DNA of 64,000 nt, from positions 801,565 to 865,564 of the forward strand of contig NMRA01000078.1 in the NCBI GenBank assembly GCA_002633005.1, given 5' to 3'. The notes beneath the pieces are model-generated. The model ran no database searches and was not told the DNA's origin. It saw nothing but the letters and a program-made list of their open reading frames with translations. The translations under genes were made by a program, and so were the position numbers. Positions 25,470-38,400 of this stretch are shown here, one piece after another; the stretch's first letter is position 1; the number at the start of each line of letters is the position of its first letter. The stretch comes from Phoronis australis (lineage: Eukaryota > Animalia > Phoronida).

Positions 25470-27832
25470 ATCTCCTGATGCCCATCTCCAAACAGATCAT
25501 TCAGAGTATACCCAAGGCAAGAAGCTATCTGGACAGGCTAGAATAGGCCAATACCTTCTGAAAGTAGACATTTAACCATGGCAAGGAAAATTTTGATGGC
25601 AGTCTTATAGTTGTCAACATTTGAAAATGAAAAAAGTGGAACACCTGGATCTACGCCATACTGCATGGGGGCAAACATCCACTGCAAAACCAAAAAAAAT
25701 CCTGATTTTCTCTCTTCAGACGTGCTTGTGGAATAAAACTGGGTGTATATAGTGTATAAAAGCATGAAAATACGCAGCCACAGATTAACACAATGAAATA
25801 TTCTCTCGTGCATCAGAAAGCCAGACAAACTGATGCTGTGGTGAGATGTGGTACAAAGCTTCGAAATGTGGGATGACCCTGCCAAAAGCGGAATGACCCT
25901 GCCAAAAGCGCAACAGTTGGCGAGTAAGCAGTATGATATATTGACCTGCCTATTTCAAGGTTCTGGGTTAGGCCCAAAGTAGAAACAGAACGGCTGTTCA
26001 ATGTGGCTGCAGATTGATGCCTCAAACATGAAGACGGTCTCAGTATGGCTGTAGATTGATAAGTGAAGACAGTGTCAATACCCGATTAAATAGTGATAAA
26101 TGTACAATTACTATACAACATCAAACATTCGAGATGAATTAGTAACAAGGAACTAGTCATCTCGTTGAGTATCAGCACTATTTTTGGAACAGTACAAGCC
26201 ATATATCTAAAACTTAGTGCGGAAATTTTACAGATGTAACATGATGTATCTATTCAGTTGTTAGTAATAGTCCAGCTTCAGTACTTACAACAAATGCTCG
26301 CCATTTTCAGACATAAATAATTCCCAGATTTCCAATTTTCCATTTGTCAAAAACTTCTGACACTGTTGTAAATACCCACAAATTTTCAAAATATTTTCTG
26401 GTGTCAGCTACAACACATCAGTTGAGAACTACAAAATATTCGCTTCATGAAAAAACTAGAAAAAATTTAACTCGTCCATCATATTGTGTCCAAAATTGAT
26501 GAGGTTTTACCATAATATGACCATACACTATACTCTACAAACCACAAGCAGCTTTTTAATAACAGACTAAGATCTCAACGTATGCAATAAGATCTACATA
26601 ACACACCTGTGCATCATGCTGGTCTCTATCTCCAGGTAATCAAACAGCATCAAACACTGATGAAGCATAAAAAAAAGAAATACGACCTGCACACGTTATC
26701 CAAGTACAGGGATAAATAGTACATATTATTTTTATTAGCTGCACACACGCATACAACCAATGAGTCATTGCACAGTACACACCAAAAGTTGAGTGAAAAA
26801 TAGAGTCAGGACTCGTAATTTTGGCAAAACCCTCACTACAGATGAGAAACTCCAGATGGTAAACTTTACCCTTAATTTCCCATCATTCCTTGGTCTCCAT
26901 GTCAGATAGCAAGTTTAATGATGAATTTCAGCCATCATAACCTGGGGGGTACTCCGGGTACTTTTGGAGCATACTGTGTGTAGTTTGCATTTTAATACCG
27001 GTTTCCAACAATAGGACACGGAAAAAAGTATCAGACACTACATTAAAACAATAATTACACAGCACTGGAGCTTCCGTTTTCCAGCGCAAGATGGTCGAAG
27101 TAACTTATAATATATAGAAAAATACAACAAAATGTTACAAATATCATGTCATTGTAAGATCATAATAAATTATTAAATAAAAAATCAAATGAACGAACAC
27201 ACAACGGGGAGATTCAAATTCACACACTGAATGACACATAACTTCTTAAGTTAAGCTTGGCGTCCTCAACCTAGGAGACACACAAGCTGACGGACTCGCG
27301 ATAAAATGACCGCGAACAAACTGCAGCTATAATCAAGTATAAATTACCGTAACTATTAGACTCAAACAGTCAACCATGTATTATTACTACACATGAATGA
27401 CAACATATGGAACAGTACCTTTCACAGAGCAAAGCCCTAAAATTATACTCACACATACGACAAGATTCTTTAAAAAACCTTGGATGATTCCAACGAACAC
27501 AGGGGCAGAACTGTGGGGAAAGGGGGAGGGTGAGGACAGTCTAGTCGATCACTAGTCAATTATCTCCCCCACATCATTCCTCATACTAGCTGATTAACCA
27601 GATTTTGTAATAGGTTTTTAAATTTTCTCCAAGCTCTGGAGGGTTGACAACAGCAATACTGCATTTTTTGTTCCCAACAGTTTCATATCAATGAACTTCT
27701 AAATATCTGTTACAGTGCGAACACATCAGTTAGTTCCCTTTCAGAATCGCCCCTACCATCACTTCCCAGCAAGGTTTGCTCTGCAAAAGTGATCCATTTC
27801 CAGTCTTCCACTGACAGAAGACAAATCGTTGG

Positions 27833-28084
27833 TTATGAGCCGGACTCCCCCTTTCTGTCATTCTCTGGGGTACCACCACCTGTAACGGTTACCGGGGTAA
27901 CAGGAGCATACTGTTGTAGCCGTACATGCCATGCCACGCTGGTGACGGCAGAGACAGTCTTGAACTGATGACAGACATTACGGGGGATGAAGTAGATGTC
28001 ATTGTCCTGCAACTGTATGCGCGCATAGCGCATACCCTCGCGACGCATCAAGTTGAGCTTGGCGTCCTCAACCCAGGAGACACA
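27833..28084 (-). CDS. RSBN1: RSBN1 exon 6 (last)
   Basis: ttgcag|[16 protein letters not shown]. Confidence 0.92.
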   Translation of the reverse strand, partial: CVSWVEDAKLNLMRREGMRYARIQLQDNDIYFIPRNVCHQFKTVSAVTSVAWHVRLQQYAPVTPVTVTGGGTPENDRKGESGS

Positions 28085-31000
28085 CTGCAATGAAAAGAAC
28101 AGGTGGTTACCTGAACAAACAGCAATAAGGTGAGTATTTTAAGAGACATTTAAACCAGCATTTCGCCCTGTTTAGCTGGCTAAAAATGAAAAGCGAATTA
28201 GCTCTCATTTATTCTGATAAAATTAATACATAATATTTCATTACTTAGGCAGGTTTCCATTTTTGTAACCAATCAAGTCACAGGCTGTGCGTACATTCCC
28301 AATTTTCGAATTTACAATTTACGGGTTGGATAACTCCAATAAAGTCTGAAAAAATGTTTTCTGGACTTGGTGATGGAGTGATAGTTTAGAGGTCCTTGTT
28401 GGTAACGGAAGTAGAATCCTATCATGGCAAGGAATATTACGAGACCAATTTTATGACCCAATCAGATCTTCATTTTTTAGCCAGTTAAGCAGGCCGAAGT
28501 AAAACTTTAACTGATGTCAGCAATCAGCTATTTCTAATAAATTCGCGAACACACGCACGCAAGCACGCACCCACACCAAATTTTGCTGTTTTTCATAGTT
28601 CTGGTAAAAGCTCATAAGAAGTCTATAATAATCCCAAAAATGCATTTTCCAGCATTAAAACTTCTTGTGTCTATTTAAACCACATCTTCTCATCTCCTAT
28701 AAAGCCGTGTGTAAAACCAAAATCAAATTGCTCTACTTGTTTCAACAAAATAATTCTCAAATTCCATTATTACCCCGATAACACTTTGTTTCGGTACTTG
28801 TAAAAAAAACACCCAAAGCATTTACGAGAAAAAACCTTCCGACGTTCACCAGTTTCAACATTCAGTGGCAGGCTACCTCTCCATCCAAACTGAATGTTGA
28901 AACTTAAGTATTGTGAAACGGTAATTTCTCAGTCTACTTTATCAGGCTAACTGATTTAAAAAATGCAAAGTTATAAAAATGGACTAAGTTTGTGTCTTGC
29001 TCATATTAGAGATGATCCCTAGGCTTGGGAGGAACTGGATTTGTTGTTGTTTAAGACCAGACTGAAGATGTGTATTTACATGCTCCTAACTATGCTATTG
29101 CATAGCAAGAACTAAACGATAATGTTATTAGAACGCCACCTACGCTAAACAAAGAGCAGTTGTATTCATTGACAAATTGTAAATGTGAAAACAAAAAAAA
29201 ATCTGCTAACAGAAGACTTTTGCACAAGTGATGTACCTTGGGGGCTCACATAATCCACATCATACAGTGTTATTTCCCAACACCACGTCACAATAAATAC
29301 TGGACACGATTGAGTGACTTATGGCCGCGAATAATTTTCAAAACAAAACTCGCTCTTGAAAACACTTGGCAATTTTCAACCTACTTCAGAAATGAACACT
29401 TAAAAATACCAAGCACCATCAAAGTTCAATAGTTTACCACATAAGTGCTGCCCCCTACCTGTGTCATTGGAGGCTCATACAGGTCCAACTGAAGGTGCTC
29501 TACAACATTGAGGAAGTTGGACGCATCAAAGCAAATCACATCCTTCACAATTCTGTTCTTTGTGGACCTGGAAAAAGATGACATTTAGTCTAGGATCAGT
29601 TTAAGCCAGAAGTCCCGACTAGTGACTCCACCTAGTGTCTGGTCACGGGACCAGCCTCTTCCCATTCAGCAGAAATAGTGCCTTCACCATATTATTTGAC
29701 GACCTGTGAATTACAGCTTTAGTTTTCAGAGATGACTTTACACTACTGGTACCAGATATTATTTATATTAAGGAAAAGAATGAGGTAGACTGTGAAACAA
29801 GTTTTTGACCTTGAACGTCACTGAAGACCAAAGCAGGTCAAATATAACATTTTGAAATTGATAATAAGTGGAGGTAAAACAAATTTCACGCTATGCCAAT
29901 GATGCATTTTGCCAGCACACGTGGATGGACAGTACAACCACAAACACTTAACTGATGACACCAACACGACACTTACTCCTGCCCACAATGTACTGCTTTC
30001 AGTACCCCTGCGGCGGCTGTAGTCTGGCGGTCAAACCCTTGACCAACATGGTCAGCATGGAAGCGCGTGCGGTCTTCAACCAAGGTCTCCCTTGAGGCCG
30101 ATGACCGAGGCAGGTACTGTAGATTCTTCAACTCGTTGATACCCCTGTAAGGGACCCAATGACACATTAGTAACCATTTTACAAGAGCTGCATGTGCTTA
30201 TTCAGAATGATGGTGAGTGGCAGGGACTCATCTTGTAAAGTGGGGTCCAAATTCGTGAGATTGACGTTCGTCGTATCCAAGGAATCTCTATGAGGCTACC
30301 TGACATCTAAGGACACGGGAAGTATTGCCCCCAAAAACATGGCTACACGCATCTGCCTATCAGACGGTAATAGCCTGTGGTCTCGTTTATGTCTGAATAT
30401 TCATCAAACTAAATCAACAAATTGTAAATTTCCATAAATTCTTTGAACCAGATATGTTAACATTCTTCGTTTAGCCATCCTTTTGCCAAGATTGCCTTGA
30501 AACAGGCTGTCTTTTGTCTCTCTTGGTTGTGCTGCTCAAGTTCTATCTTTTTTAAAACTGGTCTTCCTTATGACAGCCCCTTGACGAGTCCACAGGGGCA
30601 CTCCACCAACCTTCACTTTAAAAAACAAAAAAGGTTGAACGCAAAGGGGCTTCTGCTCCCTAAGTATATGCTGATACAAACTCCATTTGTATCGTATTGG
30701 CCATGACTGAGGTGTAAGATTTCAAAAGTAGATATTTTGCAGGGTCCCACACACCCTTAAGCATCACATGTTTATCAACACCAGCCATATAATGCTTATA
30801 CAACAACTAATGTCTCACAACACCAAATATGAGACAGGATTCAAAATTAGCCAATTAATATGAACATTTTGCAGGATCCTACAAAACCTTATTTGGTGAC
30901 CTCCATTTTAACTAATACACCAAAAAAAAACAGGCTATTAGTCAACCAGTGAATTATATATTTTCTGAAAGAAAAATATCAGAGATTTCACTAATTTTGT

Positions 31001-34000
31001 TAAAGTGGTTGACAATGAATCAAGTGAAACTTGGTTAGGGGAGGAATTTATCGCTAGACCAACATGTATTAAAATAGGTTAACAGCACATTGTGGCACAC
31101 AACACATGCCGAAGCACACACCAAGGAGAATGAAAAAAGTATGAAATGCACAGTATCAAGTGTGCTATGAGTAGGAGGTCGAAACAGTGAACTGTTACAT
31201 TAGGGGTGAAATGAATGAATTTGGAGGATTTATCTTTTTTTACAACTTGATGTGCTTGTGATATGCAGGGCTTGGAATGACCAATGACAAAAAACGCGGA
31301 AACTTTGAAACTTTTACGGCCCAAATCATCGCCCGATAACCAGCCTAGAACTGGTCAATGTGAACCTTTCCCCGACAAAAATCGGGAGGACTAAAAAAAA
31401 AAAAAAAAAAACCAGTTACCACCACCACCATCAGTAGCGTGCGTCTGCGTCCTTTTAGCTCGCCCGTCTACTCCCAACCCACACTTTTTGGCTGCAGAGC
31501 GGTAGTATTTGTCGCCGCGCTTAACAATAACACGAGACGACATTGAAAATCACACCACGCTATCCCAGATGCCCCGGCAATGTTGACAATTTACGTTCCT
31601 CCGAAACATAAAGAGCAACTTCCGCTTTTCGAGGTGAACGTCGTCTGCAACGCCGCGGTAAGAAAGGAACTTGCCGCGGAAATTTTATATCAAATCCGAG
31701 TTTTTACGCGGAAATATTATAAAAAAGCGGAAAGCACATTTGAAAAAAGCGGAAATCCGCGTTTCCGCGGAAAATTCCAAGCCCTGGATATGCCAGACGC
31801 CATGCAGTGACTCGGTGCATTCGTCGCAACGTTATCGACAGTCACATGTACGTAGACGTGTAACTCATTCAGGACCAAAAATACATTATGTCTTCATTTT
31901 CCACGGTATCTTTCCATGCTATGCACACCTCATACTCAGTGAATGAAAGGACTATGAACTGCGGGAACTGCACAAGACAAGCGGAAGATTCAATTTGAGT
32001 GACAGGTACGTAACTTTTGACCTTGGATACGAAGTAAACAAATTTCCACGCGGTTGAAGGTGCCTCTGCTAAACCTTTATTTCTCGCTACACGGTAAATG
32101 CTTCGTATTTAAAGTCCCCAAGTATGAACATAAGGTATTTTGCTAGACATATCTGAAATTAAACTATTGTAAAAACGGCTAACTTGTTAAATAAGGTTTG
32201 GGACGTCCATAACCTTCACACATTTATCAGCATTAGCAACATCAAGCCTATACAACAGCTGTTATCGCACACCACCAAATACAAGCCACCCACCTCTTCC
32301 TCTTCATGGGAGACTTGGGCAGGTCTGCGGTGGGTACAACCTGCTCCCCTGGACGGGTCCACAGGATGGGACCATCATTGCTATCATTACGGTCCATACC
32401 ATGCAGCTGAGACAGTTCACCCCATGGCATGATCACCTGAAACGGAGAGATGCAACTTGACTGCATTCTGAGCTAGTTGCGTGTAATTCAACACTTCCAT
32501 GACAAAGACAGCCATTAGCGTCAGACTGAAGAACGGAATATTTAATAACCACACAGGCACTCAAGATTCCGAGTCATTTACCCACAATGCTGTGCAACTG
32601 CATGGCACTTGTATGAGGGCAATTTTACTTCAAAATCAATTGACCATCTCTCAGTGTTGTGCCTTTGTCAATCAAAATGTTAACAAGTTTATTGATGAGA
32701 TTAAACTAATGTGACTTTTCACTACTTACTTTCAGAAACGGGTCTTCCTCCAGCATATCTAGGAAATCTGGAAAGTAGTCCCCCACTTCCTCGTGAACAG
32801 TACCCACCAGACTGATCTGAAGGAGTGGTCCAGACCTGAACGTGCCGTGGGCATACGTGTTGTGAACGGACTCCCTGTACCTCTCCATGGGCATTGTCTC
32901 AACATCAGACTTACCCAGGAGTGAGCTTTTAACAGTCATATTGGGATACAACAAGCCGAAGTGTTCGATTAAGTCAGGAATGCGCGATGCGGCATTGTGC
33001 ACTATGGCCATGACAAAACGTGCATATCCTTCCTCACTCTCGCTGAATGCTAGTTTCAAGAACTCTTTGGCAAACTCGTTTTGCTCGTCAATGCCTAACT
33101 TTCCTACTTGTTCTTGATATGCACGTAGCACGCTAGCGCCACCATTGGCATGTGTGTCGATGTGCACGAGGTTAGCATATTTCAACTCGGACAAGTTGAC
33201 GTCCCCTTGGACGCTAAACAAACTGGTGTCCATATTCCTGGGCACGGTAGCATAAGTGTAGTTACTAAACTGGGCCCATTTCTTTTTGGGGGTCACAGTC
33301 TTGACTTTGCCATCCAACAATCGTTTGTGTTCATGATGAGAGTGGTGTCGCACACGAGTAGTGTCACCTCCTGCAAGCCCAATGTTCACGTCCCTGCACT
33401 CGGCAGAAGAATTCCTTCTCCTGCTTATTCGGCAATGGTATCTGTGCTCTACATCTCCGCCAGGGTCGCTTGACACGGAGAACTGTTTGTGAAATGATAC
33501 TGCAGAACTAACAGATCCTGACATGCTGCTAGCCTCATCTGCAACAAATCCATTGGTGGACTGAAAACCATTCATAGCCTTAACTGGGTTACCGCTAGGT
33601 TCGACGTTTCCGTCATTCATCTGAGAGGTCATGCCACTCGAGGTAGGCAGGCATACACTGTCAGTGTGTTGAGATTCAGCCTTAATTCTCTTGTGTTTGT
33701 GATGGTGGTGATGGTGCTTGTGTTTGTGCTTATGCAGTTTGTGAGGTTCCTTTTCTGTATGACCAACTCCCTCCTTGCGGGAGGAGCGACCGGATAGACC
33801 CTCACTTGATGACCCGTCTTTACTTTTGCTGCGAGACTTGTGTTTAGAAGATGAGGATGACGAACGATGAAGATGACGTTCATGACGTGACCCTGACCTT
33901 GTGTGTTTGGCATGAGTCCCCTGGCTTGAGTTGGTCCTGCCATCATTTGTTGACAGAGAGAGAACAGATCGCTGGTGTCTTTCCTCCTTCGCATGCTTTC

Positions 34001-34922
34001 CATTTTCACCTTCCTGGTGAGGATCATCTGAAACAAAAATAAATATTTCCTCGAGATAACTAAGCCAATAATCTGACCTTAATTAACATACTACTGTACA
34101 CATTGCAAATATAAATAAACGTGTCTCAGTGTTCTCCACAACATAAAATTCAAACTCAACTGGAACTACAGAACTTGTGTGCGTTTTTTGAAATTCAAAG
34201 TCCATACTGAGGGGAGCTTAGGTGTTAAGTCTTGAAAGACATGCATTGAACTCAGGTACCAAAGTGAAAGTGTGGTAATTTACTTAAGAAATGCCTACTC
34301 TCTAAAGACTCAAAACTTCAAACTCATTTTTTTATATTGAACAGCCATAAAACTTGCACAAAACATTTTAGGCTACTGAAATTGTCCACGTTTTTGAGTG
34401 ACACAATACTAATTGACACGTCTCACCATGTTTTCTTTTCTCGGTTGCAGAGGATGAAATTTTTATTTTGATTGGTTTGACTGTTGGACTCCAGCACGTA
34501 TCACTGTCTGGCTCCGGTTCACTGGTGCTGCATCTTCGGTAGTCGCCTAAGTAACCGGAGTTTGACAAACGTCGATAATCGTGTTGAATGCGACGTCTCT
34601 TTCCCGAATCCGGGCTGACTGTGACGGTCGGCGACACTTGATCAGAGCTAACCAAATTTATGGAGGCGGACGGTGTGCAATCGGCACGGAGGGGCTCGTT
34701 TTCGTCAGCCACGGCAAACTTTACCTTTTCTTCGTAACCTGGGAGATTTAAATTTGAGCCTTTCCGGGACTTGTCAGCTGTGACAGTTTGATCTCGAACT
34801 ACATTCTGATTAGTTTCGTCATTTGGGCTCAATGTGTTTTGATGAAAAACTTGCGCTTGGACGATTTCAAATATATTTTGATTATTCTCCGTTGGCAGCG
34901 CACTTGTTCCAACGTCAGCCAT
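27833..34922 (-). CDS. RSBN1: RSBN1/RSBN1L (DPY-21-like) lysine demethylase, ~821 aa, gene span
   Basis: Exons 34922-34427, 34027-32730, 32436-32294, 30144-29977, 29567-29459, 28084-27833 with consistent phases. Motifs [119 protein letters not shown] are typical of RSBN1. Confidence 0.93.
28940..29390. repeat. Unclassified dispersed repeat; inverted copy at ~50740-51150
   Basis: Shared stretches such as CAGTGTTATT.CCCAACACCA and GTTGTATTCATTGACAA. ORFs 29238 (+) and 50710 (-) translate to similar spurious peptides. Confidence 0.65.
29459..29567 (-). CDS. RSBN1: RSBN1 exon 5
   Basis: [36 protein letters not shown]|gtaggg. Confidence 0.9.
29977..30144 (-). CDS. RSBN1: RSBN1 exon 4 (HAD metal-ligand motif)
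   Basis: [28 protein letters not shown]. Confidence 0.92.
31266..31786. mobile_element. MITE (hAT-like CAGGG ends) with 13-bp TIR and 6-bp TSD
   Basis: CAGGGCTTGGAAT...ATTCCAAGCCCTG, flanked by GATATG on both sides; related copies at 9685-9977 and 25222-25469. Confidence 0.8.
32294..32436 (-). CDS. RSBN1: RSBN1 exon 3
   Basis: [40 protein letters not shown]. Confidence 0.92.
32730..34027 (-). CDS. RSBN1: RSBN1 exon 2 (His/Lys-rich region and start of the conserved domain)
   Basis: tttcag acceptor; frame checked open into ORF 32706..33632; donor AAA|gtaagt. Confidence 0.92.
34427..34922 (-). CDS. RSBN1: RSBN1 exon 1
   Basis: caagATGGCT start, ORF 34368..34922, donor G|gtgaga. Confidence 0.85.
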
Positions 34923-35171
34923 CTTGGGTTTTAATTTCCATACCCGGATGTGAAATAGAGATATCCGAAAACAGTTGTAATGTCAATCGTGATTGGCTGG
35001 TATCTATAAATTGTCTTGAATTCAGCAAATGCCAGGGCACAGCAAATAAAACCGTAGCCTTTCTGTGAAGCTTGCACGAACTTCGCGCTAAGTTTTTATA
35101 CGAAAGGTGCACAACAACGTGCGAACAGCTTCCTTATTAACATTTTAGTTTGGCAGCGCTTGGAAAAAGAG
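34923..35171. promoter_or_regulatory. Bidirectional promoter shared by RSBN1 and SET
   Basis: Divergent ATGs separated by 249 bp. ATTGG (CCAAT) at 34992-34996, plus-strand TATAAA at 35005-35010, minus-strand TATAAAA at 35100-35094, CCGGATGT ETS-like site near 34944. Confidence 0.75.
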
Positions 35172-35435
35172 ATGACCGACTCAGGCGGGACACCAGCAAA
35201 ACAAGCAAAGGTCGACATTGGTGAAAGTGAAGGCGATGACAGTAGAGACATGGATTTGGAGACCCAGCGAGCGCTGGAACAAATTGACTCTTGCCAACAG
35301 GAGATAGACACTCTTAACGAGAAGGCATCAGAAGAAATCTTACTCGTTGAACAGAAATTCAACAAAGAAAGGGAACCACATTATAAGGATAGGAACACAA
35401 TAATTGAGCAGATCCCACAGTTTTGGGTTACAACA
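35172..35435 (+). CDS. SET: SET exon 1
   Basis: [21 protein letters not shown]|gtatcct. Confidence 0.92.
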
Positions 35436-38400
35436 GTATCCTATAATCTTATCATGTTTGAACTGGATCTCTTCTCTATCTCTCTTTTCCTGAATTTATG
35501 CCTTTTAAAAGAGAGAGGTCGGCAAACCTCCCTGGGCGTAGACACCTCTGTGTCTTGAGTGGTGTTATTCGTCAAAGGCTGTGACTAAAACCTAATACTT
35601 CTTGCACACTTGAAGCGTTTCAGCAAATTATGCGCGCATCAGTTGGCAGTGACGATGTTACATCTGTAACCTTTTGTGAGTGTAGATGGAAAAAGTGAAA
35701 AAGAACCAGTTACTTCCTCTGAACAATGCCTTTTTAGTGGATGTAGCTGGTTCTCAAATTAGGTGACATCACATCAGACTATATTAGACAGTGCCACTGC
35801 CTCTACTACTTATTTTTAATTGTTTATTTATTTATTGTAATATCTAAAATGAGGGCATCCTCTTCTGTGACAGCACTGCTTTCCAAGAGCTAGGGCCCTC
35901 AACAACGAAATATAAAACAGTAGTATAATACAATAAAGTAGTAAAACAATAATTAAATACATGTAACAAAGAAACAATTAAAACAGGTTGAGAATTTGTA
36001 TGATAAATAAAGGAAAAAGGATGATGGAAATTTAACTAAGAGAGGTGACATAAATAAAAAGATGATATTAAATAGCAAGAGTATTTACGCATAATGAAAA
36101 ATGATATAATTAAGACAGGTAAGGTGTAAGAATGGTTAAGTAAATTATAGCCACTTTTTAATATTAAGTTTGAATCAAACCGATTAATTTCTTGGCTAAG
36201 AGAGTTCCATACTGCAGCAGCAGTGGAAATAAAAGATCTCTTTCCGGTCTGGTTTTAATTTTTTTTTTTAAGAATCATAAACAGCAACAGAAGAACCCAT
36301 AGAGTATATAGCTTGACTGTTACAGAATTTGCCCCCGAGATATGTTCAAGCCAAGCTATTGACACACCTGTACATGCAACAGGCAGAGATATTTACTTGT
36401 TTGTTTGACTTTAATAAAGCCAAGCTTGGAGTACAAGTCGTCCACCCAGGTGTCTCTAGTTCTAGTACCCTGGCAGCTCTGGATTAGTTGGACTTTGCTA
36501 ACAGATGGTCTGTCCCCAAACCAGTAAACAATCATTATGAGGCTGAATAATAGAATGGTAAAGTGTCTTAGAGTGCCTACAATAAAAAAAAATTACCTAG
36601 ACATTGGTATGCCAATTTTCTTCGGTAATTTCTTTTTGATGTGATCTATGTGCATGTTGAATTTAAGGTTGGCATCTAAAATAAGGCCTAAGTGCTTAAA
36701 CTTGTCGACACTTTAAGGGAACTGTTGAAAGAAAGAGACAGTTTCTATTGTTTTGGTTTCTGGTGGGTTCTTACTAACTTAAGAGTGAGTTTATTTTGAT
36801 CCAGCCAATCATGGAGAAGGGCTAGCTCATTGTTGAGAGAAGTTTCAAGTTCTCTTACTGATCCAGCTGTGGACATAATTGCAATGTTATCAGCATATAA
36901 AGCTGGTACACTATTGCCAAGGACAGTAGGGAGATTGTTAACAAAAAAGTGAATAACTGAAGGCCCAGAATGTAGCCCTGAGGTACGCCGGTGATGACGG
37001 TTGAGTAGTCAGAAAGAATACCACGGTATTTGGTAGCTGTAGAGACTGTGATGCTTCCATAGGGCTAGCCTTGGTGCAATGCTGTATATTAAATGTACAG
37101 CTTTGCGCCGATGTGGGTAAAAAACTGACCAGATATAATCTGACACAAAATTTATGTCGTTAAAAACTACTCTCTCCCTTGAGTAAACTGAATTATTTCC
37201 GGGTGTGGAGTTATCTTTTGCGTCAGCCTTTGGCGCCATGAAATATTGGGTCACCTATTGGCCAGTTTCTTTTTTTGCTGATTGTTCATGAAACTGTACA
37301 CGTCACAACAAATTATCGAAAATGGTTTTATTTAACTACAAGTTTTTAGTAGTTTAATACCAACAAAATGAATTTCAGAACAATTTTTCCTGCTGCGAAG
37401 CTGCCATCTTCCGAGAGATGTCACAAAAGGTTAGGAAATGGCACGTGTTTATTTGCTCTGGTCTTTAGCTTTACATGTTGATATTACAAGGGGTGAGGTG
37501 ACCAGCAGAACTACCCTTGCTAGGTGCTCTATTTTGACGATAGTCTTCATACAGCTAGCTGGCTGGCTATCATAGGCCCATCATACGCTGGCAGTTTTTC
37601 TTCCAATTATGCCGCACACGGTTTAAACCATCAAAGTCACATTGCTATTGCGTGTAGAGGAACACCTGAGGAGGCCTTTGATGTCTTTAATCCCTTCGTT
37701 CAGTTGCCCATTTTTACACTTCATACGCCAGAAGATATGACGTCCTATTTTCTGGCACCTATATTGTGTACTAAATTGTTGAATTTTTGCCACATACTCT
37801 TAGATTCACATACAGGATAGTACACTTGTACTTGACGCAAAGATCCAAGGTACAGTGTCCTTGTAATTTCCAATCGTGCAGTAACCTTTCCTTGTCAGTT
37901 CCCTCTGTGTATGACCTTTGACCTTAACACGTGTACAGTTCATCAATCACCCACAGATGTCAGCTCTGATGGAGGAAGAAGAGGAAGACTGTCTTCACTA
38001 TCTCAAGCAGGTATTGTTGTTTACTGTTCTTTGTAAACATATAAGAAGCAGCACTCGGCATGGGCAAAAATGCCCTCTCGAAGGTATGAGGGACGGCATA
38101 TTTGCCACTTGTATTCTCAGATTTGAGCTCGTAAAAGCTTGTGGTAAAAAACCACCAAATATCTGGTCCGTTTGGTTATTATGAGTGAGGTCACCTTTCT
38201 ACTCGTAATTTACGTTTCTACTTGTATTTCTGTGAGGATACACACTAATGTCAAGCCCTCAGTACATAGAAGTTGTGCTGCTACCATATCGGGTCTCGCC
38301 ATCTCGCTCCCTTTATTGTCTTCTCAGTATGCTTATGTCAAAAACTGACTAAGCTAAAGATGATCACTGAAGACGGTTTTGATTGTAGCAACTGTTGTTG

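Noticed and set aside
25873-25910. 20-bp-period direct repeat ATGACCCTGCCAAAAGCG
   Set aside because: Simple slippage duplication with no other support
33629-34036. 135-aa ORF suggesting a separate gene or a frameshift in RSBN1
   Set aside because: Alternative frame of exon 2; the true frame (phase 1 from exon 1) is open throughout
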